Positions 1-9,451 are shown, numbered from the stretch's first letter. The stretch is DNA of 64,000 bases from Candidatus Nanopelagicales bacterium (GCA_030827125.1 JAURFD010000001.1:19258-83257); one strand, 5' to 3'. Notes: generated by a model from the letters alone, not told the origin. Program-made: numbers and translations.

Positions 1-114
1 AACCAGGGCCCGCAACTGGTGCAGCCCGTTTCCTTGGGCTGAGGGGCGCGGTCGGATGGGTCGCAAGGTTGGGGCGAGCCGATCCGGCGCGCTGAGTCGC
101 AGTAGCCACCCCCG

Positions 115-140
115 GGAATGAAACGGACCGGGGGAGCGTT
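115..140 (+). promoter_or_regulatory. SigH/SigR-type promoter (autoregulatory)
   Basis: GGAAT(115-119)-N18-GTT(138-140), matching the SigR/SigH consensus, directly upstream of the sigma gene. Confidence 0.8.
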
Positions 141-149
141 CCCACCCCC

Positions 150-857
150 ATGCTCATCGGAACGGCGTCGACCCCCTCGGTGGAGGGCCTGCCCTCGAGC
201 CTGGCGCCGCTCACCGGCGCCGCGGAGCCGACCCCGATACCCTCGACAGTGATGATCGAAGACGCCGTGGAGACCGAGGAGGAGCGCGCCGCCCGTTTTG
301 AGCGTGACGCGCTGCCCTACCTTGACCAGTTGTACGGCGCCGCCCTGCGGATGACCCGCAACCCGGCCGATGCCGAGGACCTCGTCCAGGAGACCTACGT
401 CAAGGCGTTCTCGGCGTTCGCGTCGTACACCGACGGCACCAACCTCAAGGCCTGGCTGTTCCGCATCCTCACCAACGCCTTTATTAATACGTACCGCAAG
501 AAGCAGCGTCAGCCGCTGCAGACGCACACCGACGACCTCGATGACTGGCAGATGCAGCACACCCAGGCGTTCGCCACGGGGCAGTTGCGCAGCGCCGAGG
601 CCGAGGCGCTCGACCGCCTGCCGAACGACATCATCAACAACGCGCTGTCGGAGCTCTCCGAGGACCGGCGCGTGGCTGTCTACCTCGCCGACGTCGAAGG
701 GTTTTCCTACCAGGAGATCGCCGACATCATGGATACGCCGATCGGCACCGTGATGTCGCGCCTGCATCGCGGACGCAAGCAGTTGCGTGGCCTGCTCGAG
801 GAGTACGCCGTCGCCGAGGGTTATCTCCCCGCCCCGGTGGGAGGTGAGGAGTCATGA
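150..857 (+). CDS. sigH: ECF sigma factor SigH/SigR; shorter start probable at 249/252
   Basis: [48 protein letters not shown] and [11 protein letters not shown] motifs; followed by a ZAS anti-sigma gene. Confidence 0.93.
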   Translation: MLIGTASTPSVEGLPSSLAPLTGAAEPTPIPSTVMIEDAVETEEERAARFERDALPYLDQLYGAALRMTRNPADAEDLVQETYVKAFSAFASYTDGTNLKAWLFRILTNAFINTYRKKQRQPLQTHTDDLDDWQMQHTQAFATGQLRSAEAEALDRLPNDIINNALSELSEDRRVAVYLADVEGFSYQEIADIMDTPIGTVMSRLHRGRKQLRGLLEEYAVAEGYLPAPVGGEES

Positions 858-1120
858 CCGAGCAGCACGCATGTTCGTGCAACGAGGCCCTCGCCAGCGT
901 CTACGACTACCTCGATTCCGAGATTGAGGCCGAAGCCGCCCAGGCGATCGCCGGGCACCTTCAGGAGTGCCCTCCGTGCGCCGACCAGTACCGCATGGAG
1001 CAGATGGTCAAGGCCTTGGTGCAGCGGACCTGCTGCCAGGAGCGCGCCCCGGAGACCCTGCGGGTTCGGATCGTGGCGCAGATCTCCCAGGTGCGGATCA
1101 CCTACCGCCGCGAGATCTAG
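854..1120 (+). CDS. rshA: Zinc-binding anti-sigma factor RshA/RsrA
   Basis: HLQECPPC (HxxxCxxC); ATGA overlap with sigH. Confidence 0.9.
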   Translation: MTEQHACSCNEALASVYDYLDSEIEAEAAQAIAGHLQECPPCADQYRMEQMVKALVQRTCCQERAPETLRVRIVAQISQVRITYRREI

Positions 1121-1247
1121 CCCCCTTTGGGGGATCACCCCCCGATATGCCACGATGGGCGGCCGCTGGACGGCGTACTGTTCGGCGTAGCGGATGAGGC
1201 AACCGGTATGGCCGGGAGCCATCCACCAGGAGCACGAAGGAGTCAGC

Positions 1248-1322
1248 ATGAGCAAGCGTGGCCGCAAGAAGCGCGATCGCAAGAAGAACGGCGCCAACCA
1301 CGGCAAGCGTCCCAACTCCTAA
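1248..1322 (+). CDS. 50S ribosomal protein bL37 (24 aa, not in ORF track)
   Basis: AAGGAG SD, then MSKRGRKKRDRKKNGANHGKRPNS*; closely resembles mycobacterial bL37 and lies at its usual position after rshA. Confidence 0.92.
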   Translation: MSKRGRKKRDRKKNGANHGKRPNS

Positions 1323-1323
1323 C

Positions 1324-1533
1324 GTGGAAATCCGCGCCGAGATGGTGGCGCAGGTGCACTCGGTCCTTGCTGAGCCGGGCACCAAGGTCGCCGTGGGCGA
1401 CACCCTGGTCATCCTGGAGTCCATGAAGATGGAGATCCCCGTCTTCGTCGAGACCCCCGGAACTCTGCGCGAGATCGCCGTCGCACCCGGTGACGTCATC
1501 CAAGAGGGTGACCTCATCGCCGTCATCGACTGA
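1324..1533 (+). CDS. Biotin/lipoyl-binding carrier protein
   Basis: GTG start right after the bL37 stop; LESMKMEIP biotinylation motif. Confidence 0.85.
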   Translation: MEIRAEMVAQVHSVLAEPGTKVAVGDTLVILESMKMEIPVFVETPGTLREIAVAPGDVIQEGDLIAVID

Positions 1534-1594
1534 CCGCCTCCATGTCGAGCGAGCCCTGTGCAGTGACTGACCGCGCTGATTGCGGATGACGTCG

Positions 1595-2020
1595 ATGGCG
1601 AATGACCGGGGCGAGACCGCTCGTTTGACCTACGTCGTCACTGACGACGACACCGCCATCGCCGTTGGCAGCGGAAGCGTGCCCGTGCTGGGCACGCCGC
1701 GCCTCATCGCGTGGTTGGAGGCCGCCACCGTCGCGGCCGCGGTACCGGTCATCGCCGAAGGTTCGGATACGTCGAGCGGCGAGGCCCCGGCGCAGACCTC
1801 GGTGGGCACCCGTATCGACATCGAGCACCTCACCGCCTCACCCGTGGGGGCTGCCGTGGAGGTCACCGCCGAGCTCGCTCACCGCGACGGTCGCCTGCTG
1901 CGCTTCAATGTCGCCGCCCATCACGACGTGGGGGAGGGTCCGGTCCCGATCGCCCGTGGTGAGATCACCCGGGTCGTCGTTCAGGTCGACCGCTTCCTCG
2001 CCCGCCTGCCCCGGCTCTGA
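1595..2020 (+). CDS. Hotdog-fold thioesterase (FlK-like); start uncertain
   Basis: GSGSVPVLGTPRLIAWLEAAT, TSVGTRIDIEH motifs. Confidence 0.8.
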   Translation: MANDRGETARLTYVVTDDDTAIAVGSGSVPVLGTPRLIAWLEAATVAAAVPVIAEGSDTSSGEAPAQTSVGTRIDIEHLTASPVGAAVEVTAELAHRDGRLLRFNVAAHHDVGEGPVPIARGEITRVVVQVDRFLARLPRL

Positions 2021-2072
2021 CCGGCCTTCCGCCGGCCCGCCTGCCTCGGCTCCCACCCGGCCGCCCACCACT

Positions 2073-2127
2073 CTTCCGCCGGAAAACCACGGTTTCGGCG
2101 TCCAAAAGCGGGGTTTTCTGGCGGAAG
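2073..2127. repeat. REP-like imperfect palindrome
   Basis: CTTCCGCCGGAAAACC ... GGTTTTCTGGCGGAAG arms. Confidence 0.65.
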
Positions 2128-2387
2128 TCGGCTGAGGGGGCGTCATTTGGCGCCTGTGCGCTCACATCTGACCCCGCCAGCCGGCGCACACCCAGGCCCT
2201 CGACCACCTGAAGGCCCTCAAGCAATCGCCTCATCAGTCCCACGGGTCGCATACACCTCAAGAGGCTCTTGAGACCCCTTGGAGAGGGGCGCGCGACATT
2301 GTCGTGATCTTTCTGTTATGTTCTTCCGATGGCCAGCCGGGCAACCCGCTGGCCGTGTCCGTATCACCGGCACGCGATGGAGGACCG

Positions 2388-3152
2388 ATGACGACGACGA
2401 TCCGCCGCTTGGCAGCACTAGGTGCCGCCGCTGCGCTCGCCGTCACCACACTGGTCGCGATGCCGACAGCCGCGAACGCCGCCAAGGCCAAGGACAAGCC
2501 GGCCGCCTACGCCGCCGCCGCACCCGTCCTGAAGACCGGCGACCGTGGCGAGGCCGTCAAGGTCCTCCAGCAAGCCCTGAAGATCAAGAAGGCATCCGGC
2601 TACTTCGGCCCGGTGACCCGCATCGCGGTGAAGAAACTGCAGAAGGCCAACGACCTCGGCGCCACCGGCGTCGTCGGTCCGGAGACCTGGACGGTGCTTG
2701 GCCGATCGATCGCACTTGAGGCCGCCAAGGCCGACAGCACCTTCGGCGACGTACAGGTCAATGGCCGCTACTGCCCGGCGGTCGATTTCACCTATGCCGA
2801 CGGTCTCGGCGCGGGCCGCAACCACATGGGCTTCGACCTCATGGGCAAGAGCGGCTCACCCATCTACGCCGTCGACGCGGGCACCGTGACCCGCAGCGGC
2901 TACCAGGGCAACGGCGCCCTCATCCTGGACATCACCGACAGCAAGGGCTCGATGTGGTTCTACGGCCACTTCTCCAAGATCTTCGTCGGCAAGGGTGACA
3001 AGGTGAAAGCCGGCCAGCTCATCGGCTACATGGGCGACACCGGATCACCCGGCGCCGTGCACCTGCACATCGAGTTGCGCCCCAACGGCTGGGGCGGCAG
3101 CGCTCGCGACGCCGAACCGATCATCCGCGAACTCTGCGCCTCCATCAAGTAG
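2388..3152 (+). CDS. Secreted M23 peptidase with peptidoglycan-binding domain
   Basis: GGAGG SD; signal peptide; LKTGDRGEAVKVLQQAL PG-binding domain; HMGFD and HLH zinc motifs. Confidence 0.88.
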   Translation: MTTTIRRLAALGAAAALAVTTLVAMPTAANAAKAKDKPAAYAAAAPVLKTGDRGEAVKVLQQALKIKKASGYFGPVTRIAVKKLQKANDLGATGVVGPETWTVLGRSIALEAAKADSTFGDVQVNGRYCPAVDFTYADGLGAGRNHMGFDLMGKSGSPIYAVDAGTVTRSGYQGNGALILDITDSKGSMWFYGHFSKIFVGKGDKVKAGQLIGYMGDTGSPGAVHLHIELRPNGWGGSARDAEPIIRELCASIK

Positions 3153-3162
3153 CGCACGCTCC

Positions 3163-3231
3163 CTCCGCACGCCGACGGTCTTTCGACGAAAACTGGGTGC
3201 GGAACGTCGACATCGCAGCGGTCTGCGGAAG
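3163..3231. repeat. REP-like imperfect palindrome between convergent genes
   Basis: TCCGCA/TGCGGA outer and TCGACG/CGTCGA inner complementary arms. Confidence 0.5.
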
Positions 3232-3238
3232 TGAGTGC

Positions 3239-4894
3239 CTAAACCCCGGTCGTCGAGCGCGGGTAGGCGATCTCCGGGTCGGTCATCACGTTGACGAGGT
3301 AGGGCACTCCCGACGCAAACGCTCGATCCAACGCCGGCCCGATCTCACCCGGCGACGTCACGGTCTCCCCAGCCCCTCCGAGAGCCGTGACCACCTCGTC
3401 GTACGCCGTCGGGCGCAGGTCGGCGACCACGTCGTACCCGTAGAGGAACCGCATTGGATGGCGCTCGAGGTTCCACCCAGCGTTGTTGCCCACCACCATG
3501 ACGACCGGCAGATCGTGGCGCACCAGCGAGTCCACATCCATCAACGAAAAGCCCGCCGCCCCGTCGCCGAGCAGCAGGACGACTTGCGACGACGGGTGCG
3601 CCAAGCGGGCCGCCATCGCATAGCCCGGTCCGGTTCCGAGACAGCCGTACGGGCCGGGATCGAGCCAGTGCCCAGGCAGCGCGGGTTCGACGTAGCGACC
3701 GGCGAACGACACGAAGTCACCGCCGTCACCGATGACCACGGCATCGTCGGCCAGGCGCGGCAACAACTCGCCGTAGATGCGCGCGGGATGAATCGGATCA
3801 GCGTCGCTGGCGAGGTCGGCGGCATCACCGACGATCGCCGAAAGCGCGCGCTCGCGCAGACCGGTTGACCACTCGGCCTGGGCCACCGGCTCGCCGAAGG
3901 CACCGGCGAGCGTGAGCAGGATCGAACTCAGGTCGCCGGCCGTGCTCGCGGCGAGTTCGCGATGCGTCGCGAGTTGTGAGGGGGAGTCGGCGATGTGCAC
4001 GACGGGTGCGGGCGGATCGCCAAAATTGCCGTAGCCCAAACGGAAATCCAGCGGCGTGCCGACGACGATGACGAGGTCGGCACCACCAAACGCCGCCCCG
4101 CGGGCGCGGGTGACGAGCAGGGGATGATCCGGTGGCAGGATGCCGCGCGCCATGCCGTTCGCGATCGTCGGAATGCCGGTCGCATCGACGAACGCGCGCG
4201 CCGCGGACTCAGCGCCATCGGCCCACACATCGCCACCGAGGATGAGGACGGGCCGCTCCGCTCCGCGCAGCAGGTCGATGATGCGATCAAGGTCACCGGT
4301 ATCCGCGGCGACGACCGGATGCGGTTCGGCCGAGGGTTGCGGCGCATCGCCGGGCGTGAAGAGCACGTCCATCGGCACGTCGACGAACGTGGGTCCGCGG
4401 TGCGCGGTCGCCGCGATGCGGAAGGCGTCATCCACCGCCGGGCCCACGCCCGCCGGATCGTGCACCGTCACCGCGGACTTGGTCACCGGGGCGAGAAGCG
4501 GGACATGATCGATCTCCTGCAGCGCACCGGACCCCCAGCGTCCGTCAGGAGCCCGACCACCGAGGAGCACCAGCGGCGAACCGCCCACGTGAGCCCCTGT
4601 CACCGCGCTGATCGCATTGGTGACGCCGGGGCCCGCGGTCACGACGGCGAAGCCCGGAGTGCGCGTCAGCTTGCCCATGCCCTCCGCGGCGAAGACGGCC
4701 GTTTGCTCGTGGCGCACGTCGATGAGCCGCATCGGTCCGTCGTCACCCGCGGTGACCTGGGCTGCCCCGCCCACGGCTGCGTCGTACAGGGGGAAGACAT
4801 GGGCGCCGGACAGGGTGAAGAGGTGGCGGGCGCCATGATGGACGGCTGCCTGCACCGCCTGGATGCCGCCGTGAACGGGCTGCGCGTCAGGCAT
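3239..4894 (-). CDS. TPP-dependent acetolactate synthase-like enzyme (IlvG-like)
   Basis: DVRHEQTA, TAGPGVTN, GDGAAGFS...GNN TPP-binding motif. Confidence 0.85.
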   Translation of the reverse strand: MPDAQPVHGGIQAVQAAVHHGARHLFTLSGAHVFPLYDAAVGGAAQVTAGDDGPMRLIDVRHEQTAVFAAEGMGKLTRTPGFAVVTAGPGVTNAISAVTGAHVGGSPLVLLGGRAPDGRWGSGALQEIDHVPLLAPVTKSAVTVHDPAGVGPAVDDAFRIAATAHRGPTFVDVPMDVLFTPGDAPQPSAEPHPVVAADTGDLDRIIDLLRGAERPVLILGGDVWADGAESAARAFVDATGIPTIANGMARGILPPDHPLLVTRARGAAFGGADLVIVVGTPLDFRLGYGNFGDPPAPVVHIADSPSQLATHRELAASTAGDLSSILLTLAGAFGEPVAQAEWSTGLRERALSAIVGDAADLASDADPIHPARIYGELLPRLADDAVVIGDGGDFVSFAGRYVEPALPGHWLDPGPYGCLGTGPGYAMAARLAHPSSQVVLLLGDGAAGFSLMDVDSLVRHDLPVVMVVGNNAGWNLERHPMRFLYGYDVVADLRPTAYDEVVTALGGAGETVTSPGEIGPALDRAFASGVPYLVNVMTDPEIAYPRSTTGV

Positions 4895-4903
4895 GCCGAC
4901 CGC

Positions 4904-4990
4904 CTACAGGATGAAGAGGGTCAGGGCCGCACCCACAAGGGCCACGATGGCGATGATCGCCGTGACGGTGATGAGGGTCTTGTTCTGCAC
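4904..4990 (-). CDS. Small hydrophobic 28-aa peptide (not in ORF track)
   Basis: AAGGGA SD, GTG start, (M)QNKTLITVTAIIAIVALVGAALTLFIL*, GC-rich third positions, stop 9 nt before the ilvG-like ATG. Confidence 0.65.
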   Translation of the reverse strand: MQNKTLITVTAIIAIVALVGAALTLFIL

Positions 4991-5088
4991 AGTACGTCCC
5001 TTCACGTGCTCCGGTGGTGTCGGACGGGTGGCCCGGCAGGTAGCCTGCGCCACCCCCGTAGGTCCCTCCGACGATAGCCTCAGCGGTT

Positions 5089-6501
5089 ATGAGCAGCCTC
5101 GAGCGTATCGCCGAGGAGCGCACCGATCTCGATGCCGACGAACTCGACCGGCTGCGCTCCCTCGTCGGTGCCTGGGCGCTCGTCGCCGATCTGGCGGTGT
5201 CAGACCTCGTGCTGTGGCTGCCGACGTGGAACGGCGCCGGCTGGATCGCGGCCGCGTTGGTCCGTCCCGCGACCGCGCCCACATCGGTCCCGGTCGATCT
5301 CGTCGGCAGTTTCGTGCCCAAGGGGCGCGAGGTGGCGCTCGATCGTGCGCTCGCCACCGGCCGCATCTCGCGGAGCGGGGTCGGGGCCGGTGTCGAAGCC
5401 GTGCCGGTGCGCGGACCCCGACGGGTGGTCGGCGTGCTCGCGCGCCATGCGGTGTCGCGTGCCCCGGGTCACCTCGATGAGTCCTATCGCGAAATCGCCG
5501 AGATGCTCTTGCAGATGATCGCCGAAGGATCCTTCCCGCCGCCGGGGTACGGCGTCGATCCGGGTTCGGCGCCGCCGCGAGTCGGTGACGGCATCATCCG
5601 CCTGGACCCCGAAGGGCGCGTGATCTTCGCCAGCCCCAACGCGATGTCCGCGTTCCGACGGCTGGGCCTGGCCCCCGCTCTCGAAGGGAGCGACCTCGCA
5701 CACGTCGCGACGCGACTGTGGCGTCGCCCCGGTCCGCTCGATGAGCGCATCGCCCTCGTGGCGGGAGGTCGTGTGAGCGGCTACACGGAGATCGACAATG
5801 CTTCGGGCAGTGTCACCGTGCACTCGGTGCGGCTCAACCCGGGAGGCGTGAACCGCGGCGCCGTCGTTCTCACTCGCGATGTCACCGACCTGCGTCGTCG
5901 CGAGCGCGCGCTGATCAGCAAGGATGCGACGATCCGTGAAGTCCATCACCGGGTGAAGAACAACCTGCAGACGGTGAGTGCATTGCTGCGCCTGCAGTCA
6001 CGACGGGTGAATGCCGAGGAAGCTCGCGAGGCACTCGCCGAGGCCGGTCGCCGCGTATCGGCGATCGCGGCGGTGCACGAGATCCTGGCGCAGGATCCGG
6101 GGGACAGCATCGACTTCGACGCCGTCGTTGACCGACTGCTCGTGCTCGCGCGCGATCTGGCACCGGCTTTCGGGGCGGGTGCCCTCGCCATCACGCGAGA
6201 GGGATCGCTCGGGGAGGTGTCCACCGACGTCGCCAGTCCCATGGCGATGGCGGTGTCGGAGTTGGTGCACAACGCCGTCGAACATGCCGGTGCGAGCACT
6301 GTCACGGTGGCGTTGACGCGCGACCTGGAGCGGCTCCACATCGAAGTCGTGGACAACGGCGGCGGTGTGCCAGATCCGCTCGTCGAGGGGCTCGGGCTCC
6401 AGATCGTGCGCTCGCTCATCGAGGAGGACCTCGAGGGATCGTTCGCGCTGGCCGTGGCCGTCCCCCAGGGCACCCGAGCCAGTCTGGAAGTCAGCGCGTA
6501 G
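5089..6501 (+). CDS. pdtaS: Cytoplasmic sensor histidine kinase PdtaS
   Basis: N-terminal ADLAVSDLVLW GAF-like domain, PAS, KDATIREVHHRVKNNLQTV H-box, ELVHNAVEH; conserved position next to whiB1. Confidence 0.88.
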   Translation: MSSLERIAEERTDLDADELDRLRSLVGAWALVADLAVSDLVLWLPTWNGAGWIAAALVRPATAPTSVPVDLVGSFVPKGREVALDRALATGRISRSGVGAGVEAVPVRGPRRVVGVLARHAVSRAPGHLDESYREIAEMLLQMIAEGSFPPPGYGVDPGSAPPRVGDGIIRLDPEGRVIFASPNAMSAFRRLGLAPALEGSDLAHVATRLWRRPGPLDERIALVAGGRVSGYTEIDNASGSVTVHSVRLNPGGVNRGAVVLTRDVTDLRRRERALISKDATIREVHHRVKNNLQTVSALLRLQSRRVNAEEAREALAEAGRRVSAIAAVHEILAQDPGDSIDFDAVVDRLLVLARDLAPAFGAGALAITREGSLGEVSTDVASPMAMAVSELVHNAVEHAGASTVTVALTRDLERLHIEVVDNGGGVPDPLVEGLGLQIVRSLIEEDLEGSFALAVAVPQGTRASLEVSA

Positions 6502-6529
6502 AGCCAGGGACGGCGGAGAGGAGCCGAGG

Positions 6530-6784
6530 TCAGGCGGTGCTACGGGCGCGCAAACGGGCATTGCGGCGCTTTAGCGCGCGGCGCTCGTCCTCGCTCAAGC
6601 CGCCCCACACACCGGCGTCCTGGCCGGTCTCGAGGGCCCAGCGCAGGCACTCGTCGATGACGTCGCAGCGGCGGCAGACGGCCTTGGCCTCCTCGATCTG
6701 GAGCAGGGCGGGGCCGGTGTTGCCGATGGGGAAGAACAGTTCGGGATCCTCGTCACGGCAGGCAGACTCGTGGCGCCAGTCCAT
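6530..6784 (-). CDS. whiB1: WhiB-family Fe-S transcription factor WhiB1/WblE
   Basis: MDWRHESACRDEDPELFFPIGNTGPA, four Cys, GVWGGLSEDERR. Confidence 0.93.
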   Translation of the reverse strand: MDWRHESACRDEDPELFFPIGNTGPALLQIEEAKAVCRRCDVIDECLRWALETGQDAGVWGGLSEDERRALKRRNARLRARSTA

Positions 6785-6811
6785 GCGTCCCTCCTCACGT
6801 CGTCACGGGTT

Positions 6812-6827
6812 TGTGACATCGTTCACC
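6812..6827. promoter_or_regulatory. CRP-like binding site upstream of whiB1
   Basis: TGTGA-catcgt-TCACC; whiB1 is a known CRP target in mycobacteria. Confidence 0.65.
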
Positions 6828-7003
6828 CGATCGACCAAGTCCTTCCGTGCTGGTCTGACCCAACGGCGGGGTGGCTGATCGGTGATACCGATTTCCAAGG
6901 GTCGCAGAGGGCCGGGCATCCCACAAGGCCAATTGCCCAACTCTTGCCTATGTTCACGTGTCGTCTTCGTCACAGGACGGTCACCAAAACGTCCGATAAT
7001 CGG

Positions 7004-7957
7004 CTAACTCACCACGCCCAAGGCGTCCGGCTTGCACTCCAAAGTCACCCGGGACATCGGGTCAAACCCCTCTCCGTCCACCTGCAGGCGGGTCGCGGGA
7101 TCGGCCGAGATCTGGATGCGGGGCTGGTCGTGGAGGACCGTGAGGCTGCGCTTGGTGGACCCGGCCGGGCTTCCGGCCAGCATGCGTCGAGCCAGGCGAA
7201 GGGCGGCCGGGAGTCCGAGCCGGCGTACGGCGAACAGGTCCAGTCCGGCGTCGTAGGAGGCCTGCGGGCAAGGGTTGATCGCCTTGCTGCCGAGGTAGGT
7301 CCACGGGGCGGTGTTTTGCACGATGGCGAGGAAGACTCCGTCGATCGCCTCGTCGCCCGCCTGGACTGTGAGCGCCGGGTGACGGCGGTCGGTCCCGACG
7401 AAGTACTGCCGCAGGGTGGTGCGTAGATAACGCGAGGGAGTCGCGTCGTGCCCGGCCGAGCGCTGCTCCTCCATCGCCGCGATGATCTCCGCGTCGATGC
7501 CAAGTCCGGCATTGGCCAGGAACCAGTGCGGCTCTGCCGTCACGCCCTCGCTATCGGTCATCGTGATGAGGCCCAAGCCGATGCGGCGGCGGCGCCCCTC
7601 GCGAAGCGCCTCGAGAATCTCGCCGGTGGCTTCGACCGGGTCGGGGGAGAGGCCGAGCGATCGCGGAATGACGTTGGCGCTTCCCCCGGGCACCGTGACG
7701 AGGTCGGGTACGTCGTCACCGATGCCGTCCGCGAGTAGCCCGTTCACGGCCTCATTGATGGTGCCGTCGCCACCCAGGGTGCACAGCAGATCCAGGCGCT
7801 CGCGACGGGCGCGCTCCGCGAGATCGCGCGCATGTCCGCGGTGCTCGGTGCGCACGACCTCCAGCTCGATCTCATCGGCGAGGGCATGCACGAGCACATC
7901 CGTGACGCGGGGGGAGGTGGTGGTGGCGTGCAAATTGACGATGAGGAGCCCGCGCAC
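7004..7957 (-). CDS. Diacylglycerol kinase family protein
   Basis: LIVN, GGDGTINEAVNG, PGGSANV, QVDGE motifs. Confidence 0.88.
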   Translation of the reverse strand: MRGLLIVNLHATTTSPRVTDVLVHALADEIELEVVRTEHRGHARDLAERARRERLDLLCTLGGDGTINEAVNGLLADGIGDDVPDLVTVPGGSANVIPRSLGLSPDPVEATGEILEALREGRRRRIGLGLITMTDSEGVTAEPHWFLANAGLGIDAEIIAAMEEQRSAGHDATPSRYLRTTLRQYFVGTDRRHPALTVQAGDEAIDGVFLAIVQNTAPWTYLGSKAINPCPQASYDAGLDLFAVRRLGLPAALRLARRMLAGSPAGSTKRSLTVLHDQPRIQISADPATRLQVDGEGFDPMSRVTLECKPDALGVVS

Positions 7958-8023
7958 ACAGCTACCTTATGCGCCCCCGTCGGCCGATGCGCCCACACGG
8001 GCCGATGCGCCTACGCTGGGAGC

Positions 8024-8449
8024 ATGTCCGACGGCTCCCCGCGCGCTGCGCGACCGGTGACCTCGCTCATGGTGGGGGCGGTCGTTGCCGCCCTTGAGGG
8101 TGTTGCGCTCGTGGCGTACTCCCTCTACATCGTTGTCCAACTCATCCGCCTTGGCATCACCGGGCCGGCCGACGTGTCCAACCCGGTCAGTGTGGGACTC
8201 GAGATCGCGATCTTCGCGCTCTTCGGCGCGGCCATGCTGCTCGGTGCCTACGGTCTGTGGCACGTGCGCGGCTGGGGCCGCAGCCTGTTGGTGCTGGGGC
8301 AGTTGCTCGCGCTCGTGGTCGGCGTACCGCTAGCAACGGCCCAGGGTGGCTGGGATCGCGCCGCCGGTATCGCGATTGTGGTCGCCGCCATCACCGGACT
8401 GGTTGCGGCCTTCTGGCCGACGACGACCGCGGCCATCGCCGACTCCTAA
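8024..8449 (+). CDS. Four-TM membrane protein
   Basis: Hydrophobic segments; TACGCT-6nt-ATG leaderless start. Confidence 0.7.
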   Translation: MSDGSPRAARPVTSLMVGAVVAALEGVALVAYSLYIVVQLIRLGITGPADVSNPVSVGLEIAIFALFGAAMLLGAYGLWHVRGWGRSLLVLGQLLALVVGVPLATAQGGWDRAAGIAIVVAAITGLVAAFWPTTTAAIADS

Positions 8450-8451
8450 TC

Positions 8452-8515
8452 CGCTTTCCGACCGTTGTGGTGGGTTTCTGGCGCGGGGAAGCAACCAAAT
8501 CGGTCGGACATCGGG
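8452..8515. repeat. REP-like palindrome, same family as 45181-45245
   Basis: TTTCCGACCGTTGTGGTGGGTTTC (8455-8478) is the exact reverse complement of 45217-45240. Confidence 0.75.
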
Positions 8516-8539
8516 TGGGTGGGGACCTACTCTGCGGCC

Positions 8540-8983
8540 ATGCAGATGCGCCTCGACGTCATCCCCACGGGCAAGACCACGGCGACCGTGATCATGACCC
8601 AGGATCAGGTGGATGCGATCCGCGGTGAGCCGGGCATGGGTCGCGTCCTGCTGCGCATCGAATACGCCGGTGAGACCTACCGCACGAGCATCTCCCGCTA
8701 CCGCGGTCAGTGGATGATGGTCGTCAATAGGGAGATGCGTGACGGCGGTCTGGCTCCCGGTGCGTGGTACGACGTCGAGATCACTCGCGACGACGAGGTG
8801 CGCACGGTGGAAGTGCCGGACGACCTGGCCCAGGCCCTGGCGGTAGCAGGGCTCACCGAGGCTTTTGACGCTCTTGCCTTCACCCATCGCAAGGAACACG
8901 TGCGGGCGATCGAGGAGGCCAAGAAGGAGGAAACCCGTACACGCCGAATCGAGAAATGCCTCGCAATGCTGCGAGAAAGCTAG
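8540..8983 (+). CDS. DUF1905 / YdeI-OmpD-associated family protein
   Basis: RTVEVPDDLAQAL...FDALAFTHRKEHVRAIEEAKKEETRTRRIEK; TACTCT-6nt-ATG start. Confidence 0.8.
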   Translation: MQMRLDVIPTGKTTATVIMTQDQVDAIRGEPGMGRVLLRIEYAGETYRTSISRYRGQWMMVVNREMRDGGLAPGAWYDVEITRDDEVRTVEVPDDLAQALAVAGLTEAFDALAFTHRKEHVRAIEEAKKEETRTRRIEKCLAMLRES

Positions 8984-9055
8984 CCTGGTGACGGCGCCCA
9001 GAGGGGTGGTTGATTTGGCGCGCACATGCGCGTCGCGGACAGGGGAGGCGAGGTC

Positions 9056-9451
9056 ATGACCGAGACCGCGGGACAACGTCGAGTGATCGGTGTCATCTGG
9101 TTTATCGCCTCGCTTGTCGGATTGGCGGTCGCATTCGTCCTCCAGCCGGTTGCGGACTGGGGGTTCTTCGGCACGGTGATCGGTGTCCTCGTGGCCATCC
9201 TCGGTCTCGTCGGACTCTGGATGGCGGTGACCGGCAAGGGACGGCTATTCAACAGCCGACTGAGCGTCAGCACGCAGAAGGCGATCGCCATCGTCATGGT
9301 CATCCTGGTGACACTCATCATCATCGTGAATGTCGTGTCGGACTGGGCCAACTGGACAGCGCTCGACGTCCTCACCGTCTCCGTCTGGGTGTCTCTAGGC
9401 GCGATGTATGTGATGTCGCTGTCCATCGTGAGTCGCGCGACACCGGAGTAG
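9056..9451 (+). CDS. Hypothetical four-TM membrane protein
   Basis: GAGG SD; four hydrophobic stretches. Confidence 0.65.
   Translation: MTETAGQRRVIGVIWFIASLVGLAVAFVLQPVADWGFFGTVIGVLVAILGLVGLWMAVTGKGRLFNSRLSVSTQKAIAIVMVILVTLIIIVNVVSDWANWTALDVLTVSVWVSLGAMYVMSLSIVSRATPE

Noticed and set aside
2130-2390. c-di-AMP (ydaO) riboswitch expected upstream of a cell-wall hydrolase
   Set aside because: The conserved ydaO sequence elements were not recognisable; only a short hairpin leader is present
7982-8011. Direct repeat GGCCGATGCGCC x2 between divergent genes
   Set aside because: Only two short GC-rich copies; could be an operator or a small duplication, but there is no independent support
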